Shown: positions 52,919 to 63,210, counted from the first letter of the stretch. The stretch: DNA of 64,000 nt from an uncultured Thiotrichaceae bacterium (GCA_964531165.1 CAZHEA010000004.1:24476-88475), one strand, 5' to 3'. Numbers and translations are program-made. The notes: a model not told the origin generated them from the letters alone.

Positions 52919-53454
52919 TATTTTACTCTGCGAATAGGGGTGGCGGATAATGGCTGGCGAGTGATGCGGCTGTCCATTTGTACTAATAAGTTTTTTCTTG
53001 CACGGTGTAGACGACTCATTACCGTTCCAATGGGAATTTCGAGGATGTTAGCGACATCGCAATACGAAAATTCTTCCAGGTCAACTAATGAAATAACCTG
53101 ACGTTCTACGGCGGGCAGTTTAGATATGGCGTAACGCACCTGGTTGACCAGTTGGCGCTCCTGACAAATTGTAGAGGGGCCGGAATCCTCACAGGGTATT
53201 TGTTCGTTCAGATCGTCATGATGTTTGTTTTTACGTAAATGGCGATACCATTTATTGTTTAAAATACGGTAAAGCCAGGCAAACAACTGTTCTTCATTGC
53301 GTAACTGAGCACTTTTATCTATGCTGGTGGCAATAGCCTCCTGGACTAAGTCATCCGCCAGCATTCTGTCTCCGCACCAGGCAAGTGCGACTCGATAGAG
53401 TCGCCCGCGGGAATCGGCAATTTTGTTTTGTAATGCGCTCTGGTTTTTTATCAT
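52918..53454 (-). CDS. ECF RNA polymerase sigma factor
   Basis: ADDLVQEA, AWLYRILNN (region 2); FSYCDVANILEIPIGTVMSRLHRAR (region 4). Confidence 0.95.
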   Translation of the reverse strand: MIKNQSALQNKIADSRGRLYRVALAWCGDRMLADDLVQEAIATSIDKSAQLRNEEQLFAWLYRILNNKWYRHLRKNKHHDDLNEQIPCEDSGPSTICQERQLVNQVRYAISKLPAVERQVISLVDLEEFSYCDVANILEIPIGTVMSRLHRARKNLLVQMDSRITRQPLSATPIRRVK

Positions 53455-53456
53455 AT

Positions 53457-53488
53457 ATAACTAGATACCGGTATTGTGGGTTTTATTC
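53457..53488 (-). promoter_or_regulatory. Candidate autoregulatory ECF promoter, near-leaderless
   Basis: GAATAAAACCCACAATACCGGTATCTAGTTAT; TCTA ends 7 nt before the sigma ATG; no RBS. Confidence 0.75.
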
Positions 53489-53521
53489 ATTTAATTTCAA
53501 GACAAAGGCTGACGATATCCT

Positions 53522-54028
53522 GTGATACGTATTTATAAACGTAATAAATGGTTCAGATTTAGTGTTCAGTTCATGGTGTTTTTGCTGATTGTTTTTGCGC
53601 TGCGTAGCTGGCAGGGTAGGCACCATATTCAGGGTGAGGCGCCGATTATTGTCGCGCAACAACTAAACGGCCGACATTTTGATTTGCGTGAGCAGCAGTC
53701 TAAACCAATATTAGTGCATTTTTGGGCAACCTGGTGTCCGGTGTGTCAGTTTGAAAACCGCAATATTGCAAATCTGGCCGATGATTATGAAGTGATCACA
53801 CTGGTATCATGGAGTGAAGGGGCCGCGCAGGTGAGGGCCTTTCTGCAAAAAGAAAACCTGAAATTACCGGTCATTGTTGATGAAGATGGTGAATGGGCGA
53901 AACTTTACGGCGTTAAAGCGGTGCCCGCCAGTTTTATTGTTGATGCGCACGGGATGATTCGGTTTGTGGAAACCGGTTATACCTCGGAAGCCGGGCTGAG
54001 GCTGCGCATGTGGTGGTTGCAAAATTGA
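53522..54028 (+). CDS. Membrane-anchored TlpA-like thiol-disulfide oxidoreductase
   Basis: N-terminal TM, HFWATWCPVC, YGVKAVPASF. Confidence 0.9.
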   Translation: MIRIYKRNKWFRFSVQFMVFLLIVFALRSWQGRHHIQGEAPIIVAQQLNGRHFDLREQQSKPILVHFWATWCPVCQFENRNIANLADDYEVITLVSWSEGAAQVRAFLQKENLKLPVIVDEDGEWAKLYGVKAVPASFIVDAHGMIRFVETGYTSEAGLRLRMWWLQN

Positions 54029-54178
54029 CTGGCTGCTAACCGTCTATAATGTTGTTTTATGCGAATAAATAGATTAAGTAAGAAAATAGATCGTAACTGG
54101 TAAATCCATAAAAAAGCAGTGATAATCCACCGATATAAAAAATATCAATAAGAATGTTAAAACAGGGTAATCATATAA

Positions 54179-55987
54179 ATGGAAATAGAATTAATTCAAG
54201 AACCTGATGTTCAAAGTCTGCCTGGCTTGTTTCGCGAACGATTAAATAGAACCCCCGACCGTAATGCTTACCGGCAATATGATATTGCTAGTCAGAAATG
54301 GACGCAATCGACCTGGCAGGAGATGGCCAATGAAGTGGCCCGTTGGCAGGCGGCGTTTGTGAAAGACGGTTTGCAGCCCGGTGATAAAGTCGCGATTATG
54401 GTGAAAAACAGTCGTGAGTGGGTGGTCTTTGATCAGGCTGCACTTGGGCTGGGTTTAGTGACGGTACCTCTTTATGTCGATGATCGTCCGGATAACGTGG
54501 CTTACATTATTAATCACGCCGAAATCAAAATTCTATTTGTGCAGGATCGTCCCCAGTGGCATCGCTTATTGAAGGCCGAAATGGATCTCGGTGGCCTGCA
54601 ACGCATTATCAGTTTAAAGCGTATTTCAGAGGATGATGAGCCGGATGACAGCAAACTGGAATCATTATCTGACTGGTTATTTGGTTTAACCGGTGAATTG
54701 CAGACCCTTGAGTGTAGCCTGGATGATCTGGCTTCAATCGTCTATACGTCGGGCACTACCGGACGCTCGAAGGGGGTGATGTTATCCCACCGCAATATTC
54801 TGGCGAATGCTTTTGGCGCTGCAGTGTGTAATGACTGGACGGCTGATGAGCGTTTTCTATCATTTTTACCACTGTCGCATATGCTGGAGCGTACGGCCGG
54901 TTATTATCTGCCAATTATTCTTGGTGCAGAAGTTATCTATGCACGTTCAATAGCGACTCTTGGTGATGATTTACAGAATATTCATCCGACAGTGCTGATT
55001 TCGGTGCCACGTATTTACGAGCGGGTATACGGCAAAATTCAGGAAGGCTTAAAGCAGAAGTCATTTATCGCGAAGTTTTTATTCAAATCGGCCGTCAGTG
55101 TCGGCTGGCGAAAATTTTTATGCGATCAGGGACGCGCCGGATGGCATCCTAAACTGGTCTTCTGGCCACTATTAGATAAGTTGGTTGCCTCCAAAGTGCT
55201 GGAGAAGCTCGGTGGCGAAATGCGCATTGCGATTTGTGGTGGTGCAGCGCTGTCGGAAGAAGTGGCTAAATTATTTATTGGGTTAGGTTTGCCGTTATTG
55301 CAGGGTTATGGGTTAACTGAATCGAGTCCGGTGGTGTGTGTCAATCGTCCGGCAGATAATATTCCCGCCAGCATTGGCACGGCGCTGGAAAATACGCAAA
55401 TTCGTATTGCTGAAAAAGACGAGCTGCAAAGTAAAGGCCCCTGCTCAATGCTCGGTTACTGGAAAAATGAACAGGCTACCCAGGATACATTCACTGAAGA
55501 TGGCTGGCTCAAAAGCGGCGATAAAGCCCGCATTGATGAAGGTGGCCACGTATTTATCACCGGCCGTCTGAAAGATATTATGGTACTAGCCAATGGTGAA
55601 AAAATTCCTCCCAACGATATGGAAATGGCGATTGCACTGGATTCATTATTTGAACAGGTCATGATTATTGGTGAAGCGCGCTCGTTTTTAACCGCGGTAC
55701 TGGTACTCGACCCGGATGCCTGGGCAGATATGGCAGTAACGTTAAATATTCATCCGGAATCACCGGAAGCCTTTTCTGATCGTAAAATTGAAAAAGCTAT
55801 TCTTAGACGGGTATCGATCCGTTTAAAGGACTTTCCCGGTTATGCAAAAATTCGTCGTGCCCATATTACACTGGAGCCATGGACAGTGGATGGTGGTCTG
55901 CTGACACCAACTCTGAAAATTAAACGTCCGAAAGTGATGAAGCAATTCGACAAGGAAATTGAAGCGTTATACGAAGAGCACAAATAG
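54179..55987 (+). CDS. Long-chain fatty acid-CoA ligase (AMP-dependent synthetase)
   Basis: YTSGTTGRSKG, QGYGLTES, LLTPTLKIKR. Confidence 0.92.
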   Translation: MEIELIQEPDVQSLPGLFRERLNRTPDRNAYRQYDIASQKWTQSTWQEMANEVARWQAAFVKDGLQPGDKVAIMVKNSREWVVFDQAALGLGLVTVPLYVDDRPDNVAYIINHAEIKILFVQDRPQWHRLLKAEMDLGGLQRIISLKRISEDDEPDDSKLESLSDWLFGLTGELQTLECSLDDLASIVYTSGTTGRSKGVMLSHRNILANAFGAAVCNDWTADERFLSFLPLSHMLERTAGYYLPIILGAEVIYARSIATLGDDLQNIHPTVLISVPRIYERVYGKIQEGLKQKSFIAKFLFKSAVSVGWRKFLCDQGRAGWHPKLVFWPLLDKLVASKVLEKLGGEMRIAICGGAALSEEVAKLFIGLGLPLLQGYGLTESSPVVCVNRPADNIPASIGTALENTQIRIAEKDELQSKGPCSMLGYWKNEQATQDTFTEDGWLKSGDKARIDEGGHVFITGRLKDIMVLANGEKIPPNDMEMAIALDSLFEQVMIIGEARSFLTAVLVLDPDAWADMAVTLNIHPESPEAFSDRKIEKAILRRVSIRLKDFPGYAKIRRAHITLEPWTVDGGLLTPTLKIKRPKVMKQFDKEIEALYEEHK

Positions 55988-56048
55988 TTGCATGGATTGT
56001 TTTCGCCAGCTGACGCCTACGGGCCTATACTTGCAGGATATTTAATGT

Positions 56049-56444
56049 ATGTCAGAAGACTCACTACCCGAACATAAAATCCCGGTAATACGTGTGCCCG
56101 CCATGCCGGCTGATCTAAATCAGGGGGGCACCGTATTTGGTGGCTGGATTATGTCGCAGGTAGATATTGCCGGTAGTATTCCCGCGGCACAGCGAGCCGG
56201 AGGTACGATTGTTACCCGTGCAGTGGATTCATTTGAATTCAAAAAACCGGTATTTGCAGGGGATTTATTAAGTTGCTATGCGCAGGTCGTGTCCGTGGGC
56301 AGAACCTCTATTACTGTCTGTGTGGAAGTATTTGCGCAGAGCATGCATAAAGGCGTCATTACAACAAAAAGGGTGACTGAAGCCCGGCTGGTGTATGTGG
56401 CGATAGATGAAAATGGCCGACCGCGGGCGCTGCCGGATCAATAG
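56049..56444 (+). CDS. yciA: Acyl-CoA thioesterase, YciA-like hotdog fold
   Basis: MPADLN.GG.VFGGWIMSQVDIAG, VGRTSI. Confidence 0.88.
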   Translation: MSEDSLPEHKIPVIRVPAMPADLNQGGTVFGGWIMSQVDIAGSIPAAQRAGGTIVTRAVDSFEFKKPVFAGDLLSCYAQVVSVGRTSITVCVEVFAQSMHKGVITTKRVTEARLVYVAIDENGRPRALPDQ

Positions 56445-56556
56445 TAAATCATACAGAACAGGCTGAAATATCTATTCTGTATTTAACGTTGATTATTACG
56501 CTATCTTGCGTATTATCAGTAAAAAATACAATTTCTAATGTAATAGGAAGGTTAAA

Positions 56557-57903
56557 ATGTTGCTAAAAATCAAATCGGCAAAGAAGCTGGCTGCGCTGGC
56601 CGTTTCTTCTGCCATCGTCAGTAGTAGTTTGTTTTACACATCAGCACAGGCAGCAGGCTTTCAATTAATTGAAAACAGTGCCAGGGGGCAGGGCAATGCT
56701 TTTGCCGGTGCAGCGGCTACGGCTAATGATGCATCAACAATCTGGTTTAACCCCGCGGGCATGACCAAACTTAAAAACAAACAGATATCGGTTGTTGGGC
56801 ATATCATTTTACCGGACTCGTCGTTTACAAATGACGGTTCAACTGATGGTTTAGGTAATAACTTGAACGGTGCAGATGATGAAGGCGGCAGTACGGCTTT
56901 TGTTGGTAACCTTTATTGGGTAACCGATGTGGGTGCAACCAAGTTCGGTCTGGGTATTACCACTCCATTTGGTTTAACCACAGAATATAATGATACCTGG
57001 CGTGGACGTTATCACGGTGTAAAAACGGCCATGTCTACCCTTAACTTCAATCCGAGTATTGCGCGTGAAGTCACCGACAAATTATCGATTGGTGGCGGTA
57101 TTAATATTTTATTGGCAGACATTGAGTTAACCAGTGCGATTGATTTTGGTTCTTTGCTTGGCGCACCTCAACAAGTTGATGGTTTTGCCGATTTATCAGC
57201 CGATAATTTAACCTTTAATGAATTTTCCTGGGGCGTGAATCTGGGTATGACCTACGATTTCACTAAAGACACCCGGCTGGGCATTGCATGGCGGTCTGAA
57301 ATCGAAGTGGCGGCAGAGGGTAAAGCAAAATTCAGTGTGCCAACCGCTGCGGCTCCGGTATTGGGAAGTGGTGCATTTCAGGATACCCGTTTAACTGCGA
57401 AAGTGACTTTACCGCAAAATATTGCTGTTAGTGTAAAACATGACGTCGGAGAAGTGACGTTATTAGCAGATGTTACCTGGACTGGCTGGAGCTCATTTGA
57501 AGAGTTGCGTATTCAGTATGCTAATCCAGTACAGCCCGATAGTGTCACCACCGAAGCATGGGAAGATACTTTCCGTTTTTCCATTGGTGCCGATTATAAG
57601 CTCAATAAAAAAATGACATTGCGCACCGGTGTTGCGTATGATCAGACGCCGGTTCCCGACCCGGAACACCGTACTCCACGTATTCCAGGTAATGACCGTA
57701 CCTGGTTATCATTTGGTATGACCTATGTTATGAGCCCGGAGATTATTATGGACTTTGGTTATTCTCATCTGTTTATTGATGATTCAAAAATTGACCATAC
57801 ACTCGAAAGCAGCCTTCAACCATTAAACGCGACATTATCAGGAACATATGAAGCAGCGGTTGATATCTTAAGTGCTCAGTTAACCTGGAATTATGACCTT
57901 TAA
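56557..57903 (+). CDS. fadL: FadL/TodX family outer-membrane hydrophobic-compound channel
   Basis: AGFQLIENSA.GQGNAFAG, DASTIWFNPAGM, RTPRIP..DR.W. Confidence 0.92.
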   Translation: MLLKIKSAKKLAALAVSSAIVSSSLFYTSAQAAGFQLIENSARGQGNAFAGAAATANDASTIWFNPAGMTKLKNKQISVVGHIILPDSSFTNDGSTDGLGNNLNGADDEGGSTAFVGNLYWVTDVGATKFGLGITTPFGLTTEYNDTWRGRYHGVKTAMSTLNFNPSIAREVTDKLSIGGGINILLADIELTSAIDFGSLLGAPQQVDGFADLSADNLTFNEFSWGVNLGMTYDFTKDTRLGIAWRSEIEVAAEGKAKFSVPTAAAPVLGSGAFQDTRLTAKVTLPQNIAVSVKHDVGEVTLLADVTWTGWSSFEELRIQYANPVQPDSVTTEAWEDTFRFSIGADYKLNKKMTLRTGVAYDQTPVPDPEHRTPRIPGNDRTWLSFGMTYVMSPEIIMDFGYSHLFIDDSKIDHTLESSLQPLNATLSGTYEAAVDILSAQLTWNYDL

Positions 57904-57923
57904 GAAGGGTTGGAGAAATTAAA

Positions 57924-60191
57924 ATGCGATTAACAAAAATAATTTTAGCCGCTGCGGTTGGTTTTACACTGGCGGCCTGTTCGGATCAAGACACACCATT
58001 ACAGGATTCACTTAAAGGAAATACTGTTGATGCCATTAGTAATTATGACCTGGGTAATTCTGTACTGCCTTTTCCAAATGATTTTCTGTTTGCCGGCTCA
58101 GTTGATGGAACCATCAATATACCGGGTCTGGATGAAACCGATCTGGCTAACCCGCAGGTTGCCTTAAATGGCCTGGATGGTTTCTCTACTGTAGCACCTA
58201 TTTCTACCGGTTTTACCGGTGCAATTGATGCGAGTTCAATTAGCGGAACTTCAGTACGTGTTTATCCGGTAACGAAAGCGGGTTCAAGCCCGGGCGGTGC
58301 TATAAATAGTGTTGATACTGCTCTTGTATTTGGTGTTGATTATGTTGCCACTTTATCGAGTGTTGATTCAAGCCATTCGACACTGGCAATTGTTCCACTG
58401 AAGCCATTAAATGAAATGTCTGCATATGCTGTCGTTATTACTAATGATTTAAAAAGTGTGATCGGTAATGCAATGGGGATTTCCGGGTCTTATGCACTAA
58501 CTAGAGGCCCAGCAACTATTTATGATCTGGCGGTAGACCCTTTAACAGCAACTACTTTGGAAATTAGAGGCGCCATAAATGTGCTTTCTTTGCAGCCTCC
58601 AGCTGATGCTGATGAAGCGGCGATAAGAGCTGCGGGTGTGAGTGCGCAGACGCTTGAAGGTATCCGTTTAACGATTGTTAATCCATCAGAGCAGGCGTTA
58701 GTTGCCGCTACCGATCTTGAGTCAGCGGATATTATTTTGCACTGGTCGTTTACCACACAATCAACCACCGCTGTCCTGGGTGCAACCATGGCGCGAACAA
58801 TTGCTGACGGACCACAGTTGTTTATAAACACAACCCCCGAACCTAATATGCCAGTTGCAGCAGATATATTTACAGGAACGCTGACGGTTCCGTATTATTT
58901 AGACGTCGCGGCGAATGTAAATGATCCAGCGCCACTGCTTTCTATCTGGAAAAACTCTGCTGCAGGAGGCTTACCGTTAAGTTATCTAACTGCCGGTGCA
59001 ACACAGGACCCTGCGTATGTGACACCGTTAAAAATTTCCACACAGGAAATACCGGTTATTCTTTCTACACCTGCAAATGGTTGTGGTGATGGTACGGCCG
59101 ATTGTCCGGTGGTGATTTATCAGCACGGCATTACCAGCAACCGTACGACTATGCTGGCACTTGCTGATTCAATGGCGAGTGTAGGCTATGCCGTGATTGC
59201 GATTGATATGCCTATGCACGGGGTAACTGGAAATGAAGGTAGTACCAGTATCGCACCGTATTTCTATGAGCGTGGTTTTGGTGCTCAGGGAGATATAGGA
59301 GAAAGGACGTTTGATTTAAATCTGGTGACGCAGGATCCGGGAACAGGCGCTACTGTTGCTCCCACACCAGATCCAGGTGGTATCACCGACTCGTCGGGTA
59401 CGCATTTTATTAATCTGGCAAATTTACAAAACTCTCGCGACAATATTCGTCAGGCAGTTTCTGATTTATTTGCCCTAAAAGAAGCGTTGGCAGCAGCCGA
59501 CTTTAATGGCCCGGCCACCGGCGGCGGTTTCAATACGGCAGCTGGTGAAGTGAAGTTTTTAGGCCATTCATTAGGTGGCATCGTGGGGACTACTTTCCTT
59601 GCCTTTGATGGAAATATGGGGGATGCGGTACTTGCAATGTCCGGTGGAGGAATCGCTAAATTACTGGATGGTTCTGCGGCATTCGGACCGGTTATCGCAG
59701 GTGGTTTAGCCGCTAATGGTGTGAATAAAGGTACAGCAGATTATGAGGCATTTTTAGGTGTGGCTCAGGCTGTAATTGATTCTGGCGATCCGATTAATCA
59801 CGCAAGTGCGGCTGCAACTTCTCGCGGAATACTGTTCTTTGAAGTGGTTGGCGGCGGCGGTGTGCCATCGGATACCGTTGTACCTAATCGCGTGCCGGAC
59901 GGTAACGATACAAGTAATACTGTACCGGGGCCATTATCCGGCACTGATCCACTGGTTGGTGTTGACGCCGATGTGGCTAACCCGGGTTTAGGTTTAACTC
60001 AGTATGGCCAGAATGCAGCAGGTCCGAATCTTCTGGGGCTTGTGCGCTACAATTCAGGTGATCATGCATCCATATTGTCGCCGGCTGCGAACCCTGCTGT
60101 AACAACAGAAATGCAGACAGAAGCGGCTACTTTTATGTTTAATGGGAATCTTGTCATTAATAGTGAAAGTGGCGTAATTGTTATACCTTAA
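57924..60191 (+). CDS. Lipoprotein lipase/phospholipase, Pla-1/Cef/VolA-like
   Basis: Lipobox LAAC, PFPND, LDGFST, IYQHGIT, GHSLGG nucleophile, GDH; directly after fadL. Confidence 0.88.
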   Translation: MRLTKIILAAAVGFTLAACSDQDTPLQDSLKGNTVDAISNYDLGNSVLPFPNDFLFAGSVDGTINIPGLDETDLANPQVALNGLDGFSTVAPISTGFTGAIDASSISGTSVRVYPVTKAGSSPGGAINSVDTALVFGVDYVATLSSVDSSHSTLAIVPLKPLNEMSAYAVVITNDLKSVIGNAMGISGSYALTRGPATIYDLAVDPLTATTLEIRGAINVLSLQPPADADEAAIRAAGVSAQTLEGIRLTIVNPSEQALVAATDLESADIILHWSFTTQSTTAVLGATMARTIADGPQLFINTTPEPNMPVAADIFTGTLTVPYYLDVAANVNDPAPLLSIWKNSAAGGLPLSYLTAGATQDPAYVTPLKISTQEIPVILSTPANGCGDGTADCPVVIYQHGITSNRTTMLALADSMASVGYAVIAIDMPMHGVTGNEGSTSIAPYFYERGFGAQGDIGERTFDLNLVTQDPGTGATVAPTPDPGGITDSSGTHFINLANLQNSRDNIRQAVSDLFALKEALAAADFNGPATGGGFNTAAGEVKFLGHSLGGIVGTTFLAFDGNMGDAVLAMSGGGIAKLLDGSAAFGPVIAGGLAANGVNKGTADYEAFLGVAQAVIDSGDPINHASAAATSRGILFFEVVGGGGVPSDTVVPNRVPDGNDTSNTVPGPLSGTDPLVGVDADVANPGLGLTQYGQNAAGPNLLGLVRYNSGDHASILSPAANPAVTTEMQTEAATFMFNGNLVINSESGVIVIP

Positions 60192-60215
60192 AGATAGGCG
60201 CCATCAGTAAAATAT

Positions 60216-60246
60216 AAAATGCCCTCAGCCAGATGAGGGCATTTTT
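60216..60246. terminator. Bidirectional intrinsic terminator
   Basis: AAAATGCCCTCA-GCCAGA-TGAGGGCATTTT between convergent genes. Confidence 0.85.
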
Positions 60247-60254
60247 ATCAGGGG

Positions 60255-60743
60255 CTAAAGATTTGTTTTCCACGTTGGTTCTAAATGGCAATTAATTATT
60301 TTATTTTTAAGTAACCACTCAAGTGCATCCTCTGCATCTTCTTCAAGCCACGCCTGACTAGATCCCAACCGAAACGTATACCCCCATTCATCCATATCCG
60401 CAAACATTCGTTCACGCCCAAAGCCATCAATAAAATCACTCAGTAAAATTGATAAATAACACACCGCATTTTCTTCATCAAAATCACCGCCGACATTAGT
60501 ATGTAAAACTTTTCGGCGGGTTTCATCCATGCAAACATAATGACAGGATTCATGTAGTGCGGAATGTACCGGTGTGTCGTTACGCACATATAAATTATTT
60601 TTTATAATGCCGGCTTCCGGATCGCCGAACCAGCTCCCAGGAATTTTTTTATTATCTTCGGCTTTGTGAATAATTAAACCGTAACGATCTAACAACTGTT
60701 GAAGTTGTAAAAAATCAATGTCGGCGCAGGTGAGTATTGTCAT
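60255..60743 (-). CDS. Hypothetical protein with HExxH motif
   Basis: IPGSWFG..EAG, TPVHSALHESCH, EENAVCYL, DMDEWGYTFRLGS. Confidence 0.8.
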   Translation of the reverse strand: MTILTCADIDFLQLQQLLDRYGLIIHKAEDNKKIPGSWFGDPEAGIIKNNLYVRNDTPVHSALHESCHYVCMDETRRKVLHTNVGGDFDEENAVCYLSILLSDFIDGFGRERMFADMDEWGYTFRLGSSQAWLEEDAEDALEWLLKNKIINCHLEPTWKTNL

Positions 60744-60773
60744 AGAATGATTTACTGAAAAAATAAAAAATTT

Positions 60774-60868
60774 TTACTGCAAATGAACGCGATTTTATGC
60801 TTGTACGCCTGCAGCGCTCTACGCTTTAGCATTTATTATTAGCGTATACTCGCGTTCATTTGCGGTAA
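60774..60868. repeat. Long imperfect palindrome (REP-like)
   Basis: 28-bp arms 60774-60801 and 60841-60868, 24/28 inverted match, core GCAAATGAACGCGA. Confidence 0.75.
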
Positions 60869-60872
60869 GTGT

Positions 60873-61490
60873 TTATGCTTTTGTTTTTTTAAGTTGTTGA
60901 GCCAGCGCATTCAACGCAATCGCCCGATGACTAATTTTATTTTTAGCTTCCAAACTTAATTCCGCTGCCGTACAGGCTTGTTCCGGTAACCAGAAAATCG
61001 GATCGTAACCAAAACCACCATCACCCTGTGGTGCTGTTAAAATCCTGCCTTCCAGAGAGCCCTGGGTAATAATCGGTGTCGGGTCATTTTCACTTTCTAA
61101 ATAAACCATTACACACCAGTATCTCGCTGTGCGGTTTTCTTCGGCTACTTCTTTTAATTCATCCAGCATTTTTTCATAGTTTTGTGTGTCGCTTGCACCT
61201 TCACCAGAATAACGTGCCGAATAAATGCCGGGACGTTTATCTAGTGCATCCACTTCAATTCCAGAGTCGTCGGCAATGGCAGGCAGGCCGGTGAGCTTTG
61301 TTGCGTGACGGGCTTTTTTAAGTGCATTTTCCACAAAGGTTAAACCGTCTTCAACCGCTTCCGGTACATCGTATTCAGTTTGTGGAATAACGGTAATGCC
61401 ATGTTCAGATAATAAATTATTTATTTCCCGAACCTTGCCCGCATTGCCGCTGGCCAGAACAATTTTATCTGATATTGTTTTTTTGCTCAT
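60873..61490 (-). CDS. rdgB: dITP/XTP pyrophosphatase RdgB
   Basis: [31 protein letters not shown]. Confidence 0.96.
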   Translation of the reverse strand: MSKKTISDKIVLASGNAGKVREINNLLSEHGITVIPQTEYDVPEAVEDGLTFVENALKKARHATKLTGLPAIADDSGIEVDALDKRPGIYSARYSGEGASDTQNYEKMLDELKEVAEENRTARYWCVMVYLESENDPTPIITQGSLEGRILTAPQGDGGFGYDPIFWLPEQACTAAELSLEAKNKISHRAIALNALAQQLKKTKA

Positions 61491-62203
61491 ATTTTGAGTG
61501 CCTGTTGTTGAATTTGAATTAACTCACTAATACCTTTTTTTGCCAGCTCCAGCATGGCATTTAATTCGTCCTGATTAAACGCATGGCCTTCGGCGGTACC
61601 CTGAACTTCAATGAATGCATTGGCGTCGTTCATGACAACGTTCATATCAGTTTCCGCACTGGAGTCTTCATCGTAATCTAAATCAAGAACTGCGGTGCCC
61701 TGGTAAATGCCGACTGAAACAGAAGCAACATTACCCAGTAGTGGGTTCTTACTGATTTTATTATTATCCAGTAAAAACTGTACTGCATCGACTAATGCTA
61801 CAAACCCCCCGGTAATAGATGCGGTGCGGGTACCGCCATCTGCCTGTATTACATCGCAATCGATGGTAATCATATTCTCACCTAAGGCCTTCAGGTCAAT
61901 AGCCGCGCGCAGTGAACGCGCTATTAACCGCTGAATTTCCATGGTGCGCCCACTCTGTTTACCGCCCGCTGCTTCGCGGCGCATACGCAACCCGGTGGAG
62001 CGCGGGAGCATGCCGTATTCTGCTGTTACCCAGCCTGAGCCCTTGCCGCGTAACCAGCCCGGTACCTTGCTTTCCACCGTGGCGGTGCATAATACTTTGG
62101 TCTTTCCAAACTCCACCAGCACCGAACCCTCGGCATGCATGGTGTAGTTACGGGTGATTTTGACATCACGCATCCGGTTTACTTCACGGTTGCTGGGGCG
62201 CAT
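61487..62203 (-). CDS. rph: Ribonuclease PH
   Basis: [29 protein letters not shown]; ATG 62203. Confidence 0.97.
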   Translation of the reverse strand: MRPSNREVNRMRDVKITRNYTMHAEGSVLVEFGKTKVLCTATVESKVPGWLRGKGSGWVTAEYGMLPRSTGLRMRREAAGGKQSGRTMEIQRLIARSLRAAIDLKALGENMITIDCDVIQADGGTRTASITGGFVALVDAVQFLLDNNKISKNPLLGNVASVSVGIYQGTAVLDLDYDEDSSAETDMNVVMNDANAFIEVQGTAEGHAFNQDELNAMLELAKKGISELIQIQQQALKI

Positions 62204-62329
62204 AAGTTTTCCTGGAAAATGAGTTGTGCGAATTATACGTTTTTCACCGGCGAAAGTCATAATCGTAATGGCATCAGTGATACACTCATAATCGACCCTT
62301 TAAGCAAAACCAATAACACAGGTGAACCT

Positions 62330-63196
62330 ATGACACGTAGTATGACGGCTTTTTCCAGAAGCGCGGAAGAGCAGAACTGGGGCTCATTAGTGTGGGAGCT
62401 CCGTTCAGTTAATCATCGCTACCTTGATGTGGTTATTAAATTACCGGAAGAATTACGCAGTATTGAAAATACAGTGCGCAGTCGTCTAACAAAAAAAATT
62501 AAGCGCGGAAAAATTGAATGTAATTTACGATTTAAAACAGCTGAAACTCAGCAAACCGAGCTATGTGTGAATGAAAAACTGGCGGATGAAGTATTAAAAG
62601 CCTGTCAGTTAATCAGCAAGAAATTACATCAGCCCAGTGAAATGAATGTGATTGAAGTTTTAAAGTGGCCCGGTGTAATAGATGCACCGCAGTCAGATTT
62701 AAAGCCGGTGGCAGATAGGGCGCTGAATAGTTTTGATGAGGCGTTAAATGCTCTGTGTGAATCCCGTGAAAGCGAAGGTCAGCGTTTGCAGGTATTAATT
62801 GAAAGGCGTTGTGTCGCAATGCAGAAAATTGTAAAAGAAGAAAGGCAGCGTCGACCGAAAATTTTAGAACAGATGCGGGTAAAATTGTTATCAAAGATAT
62901 CTGAATTAAAAGTCGAGTATGATGCGGATCGCTTTGAGCAAGAGCTGGTTTATATTGCTCAGAAAATGGATGTCGATGAAGAGCTCGATCGTCTGGATAG
63001 CCACTTTGTCGAAATTGAAAAGAGTTTAAAAGGCCATGAACCGGTTGGCCGCAGACTGGATTTTATTATGCAGGAGTTTAATCGTGAAGCGAATACATTA
63101 GGCTCTAAGTCTACGAATATTAAAACGACACAGGCGGCGGTGGAACTGAAAGTGCTGATTGAGCAGATGCGTGAGCAGGTACAGAATATAGAATAA
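62330..63196 (+). CDS. yicC: YicC/YloC family endoribonuclease
   Basis: SMTAF, ELRSVNHRYL, EELDRL, GRRLDF..QE.NREANTLGSK, EQMREQVQNIE; divergent from rph. Confidence 0.96.
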   Translation: MTRSMTAFSRSAEEQNWGSLVWELRSVNHRYLDVVIKLPEELRSIENTVRSRLTKKIKRGKIECNLRFKTAETQQTELCVNEKLADEVLKACQLISKKLHQPSEMNVIEVLKWPGVIDAPQSDLKPVADRALNSFDEALNALCESRESEGQRLQVLIERRCVAMQKIVKEERQRRPKILEQMRVKLLSKISELKVEYDADRFEQELVYIAQKMDVDEELDRLDSHFVEIEKSLKGHEPVGRRLDFIMQEFNREANTLGSKSTNIKTTQAAVELKVLIEQMREQVQNIE

Positions 63197-63210
63197 AATA
63201 ATTACATAAA

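Noticed and set aside
62135-62329. N-terminal extensions of yicC and rph in the ORF track
   Set aside because: They overlap each other; family-typical starts are ATG 62330 and ATG 62203
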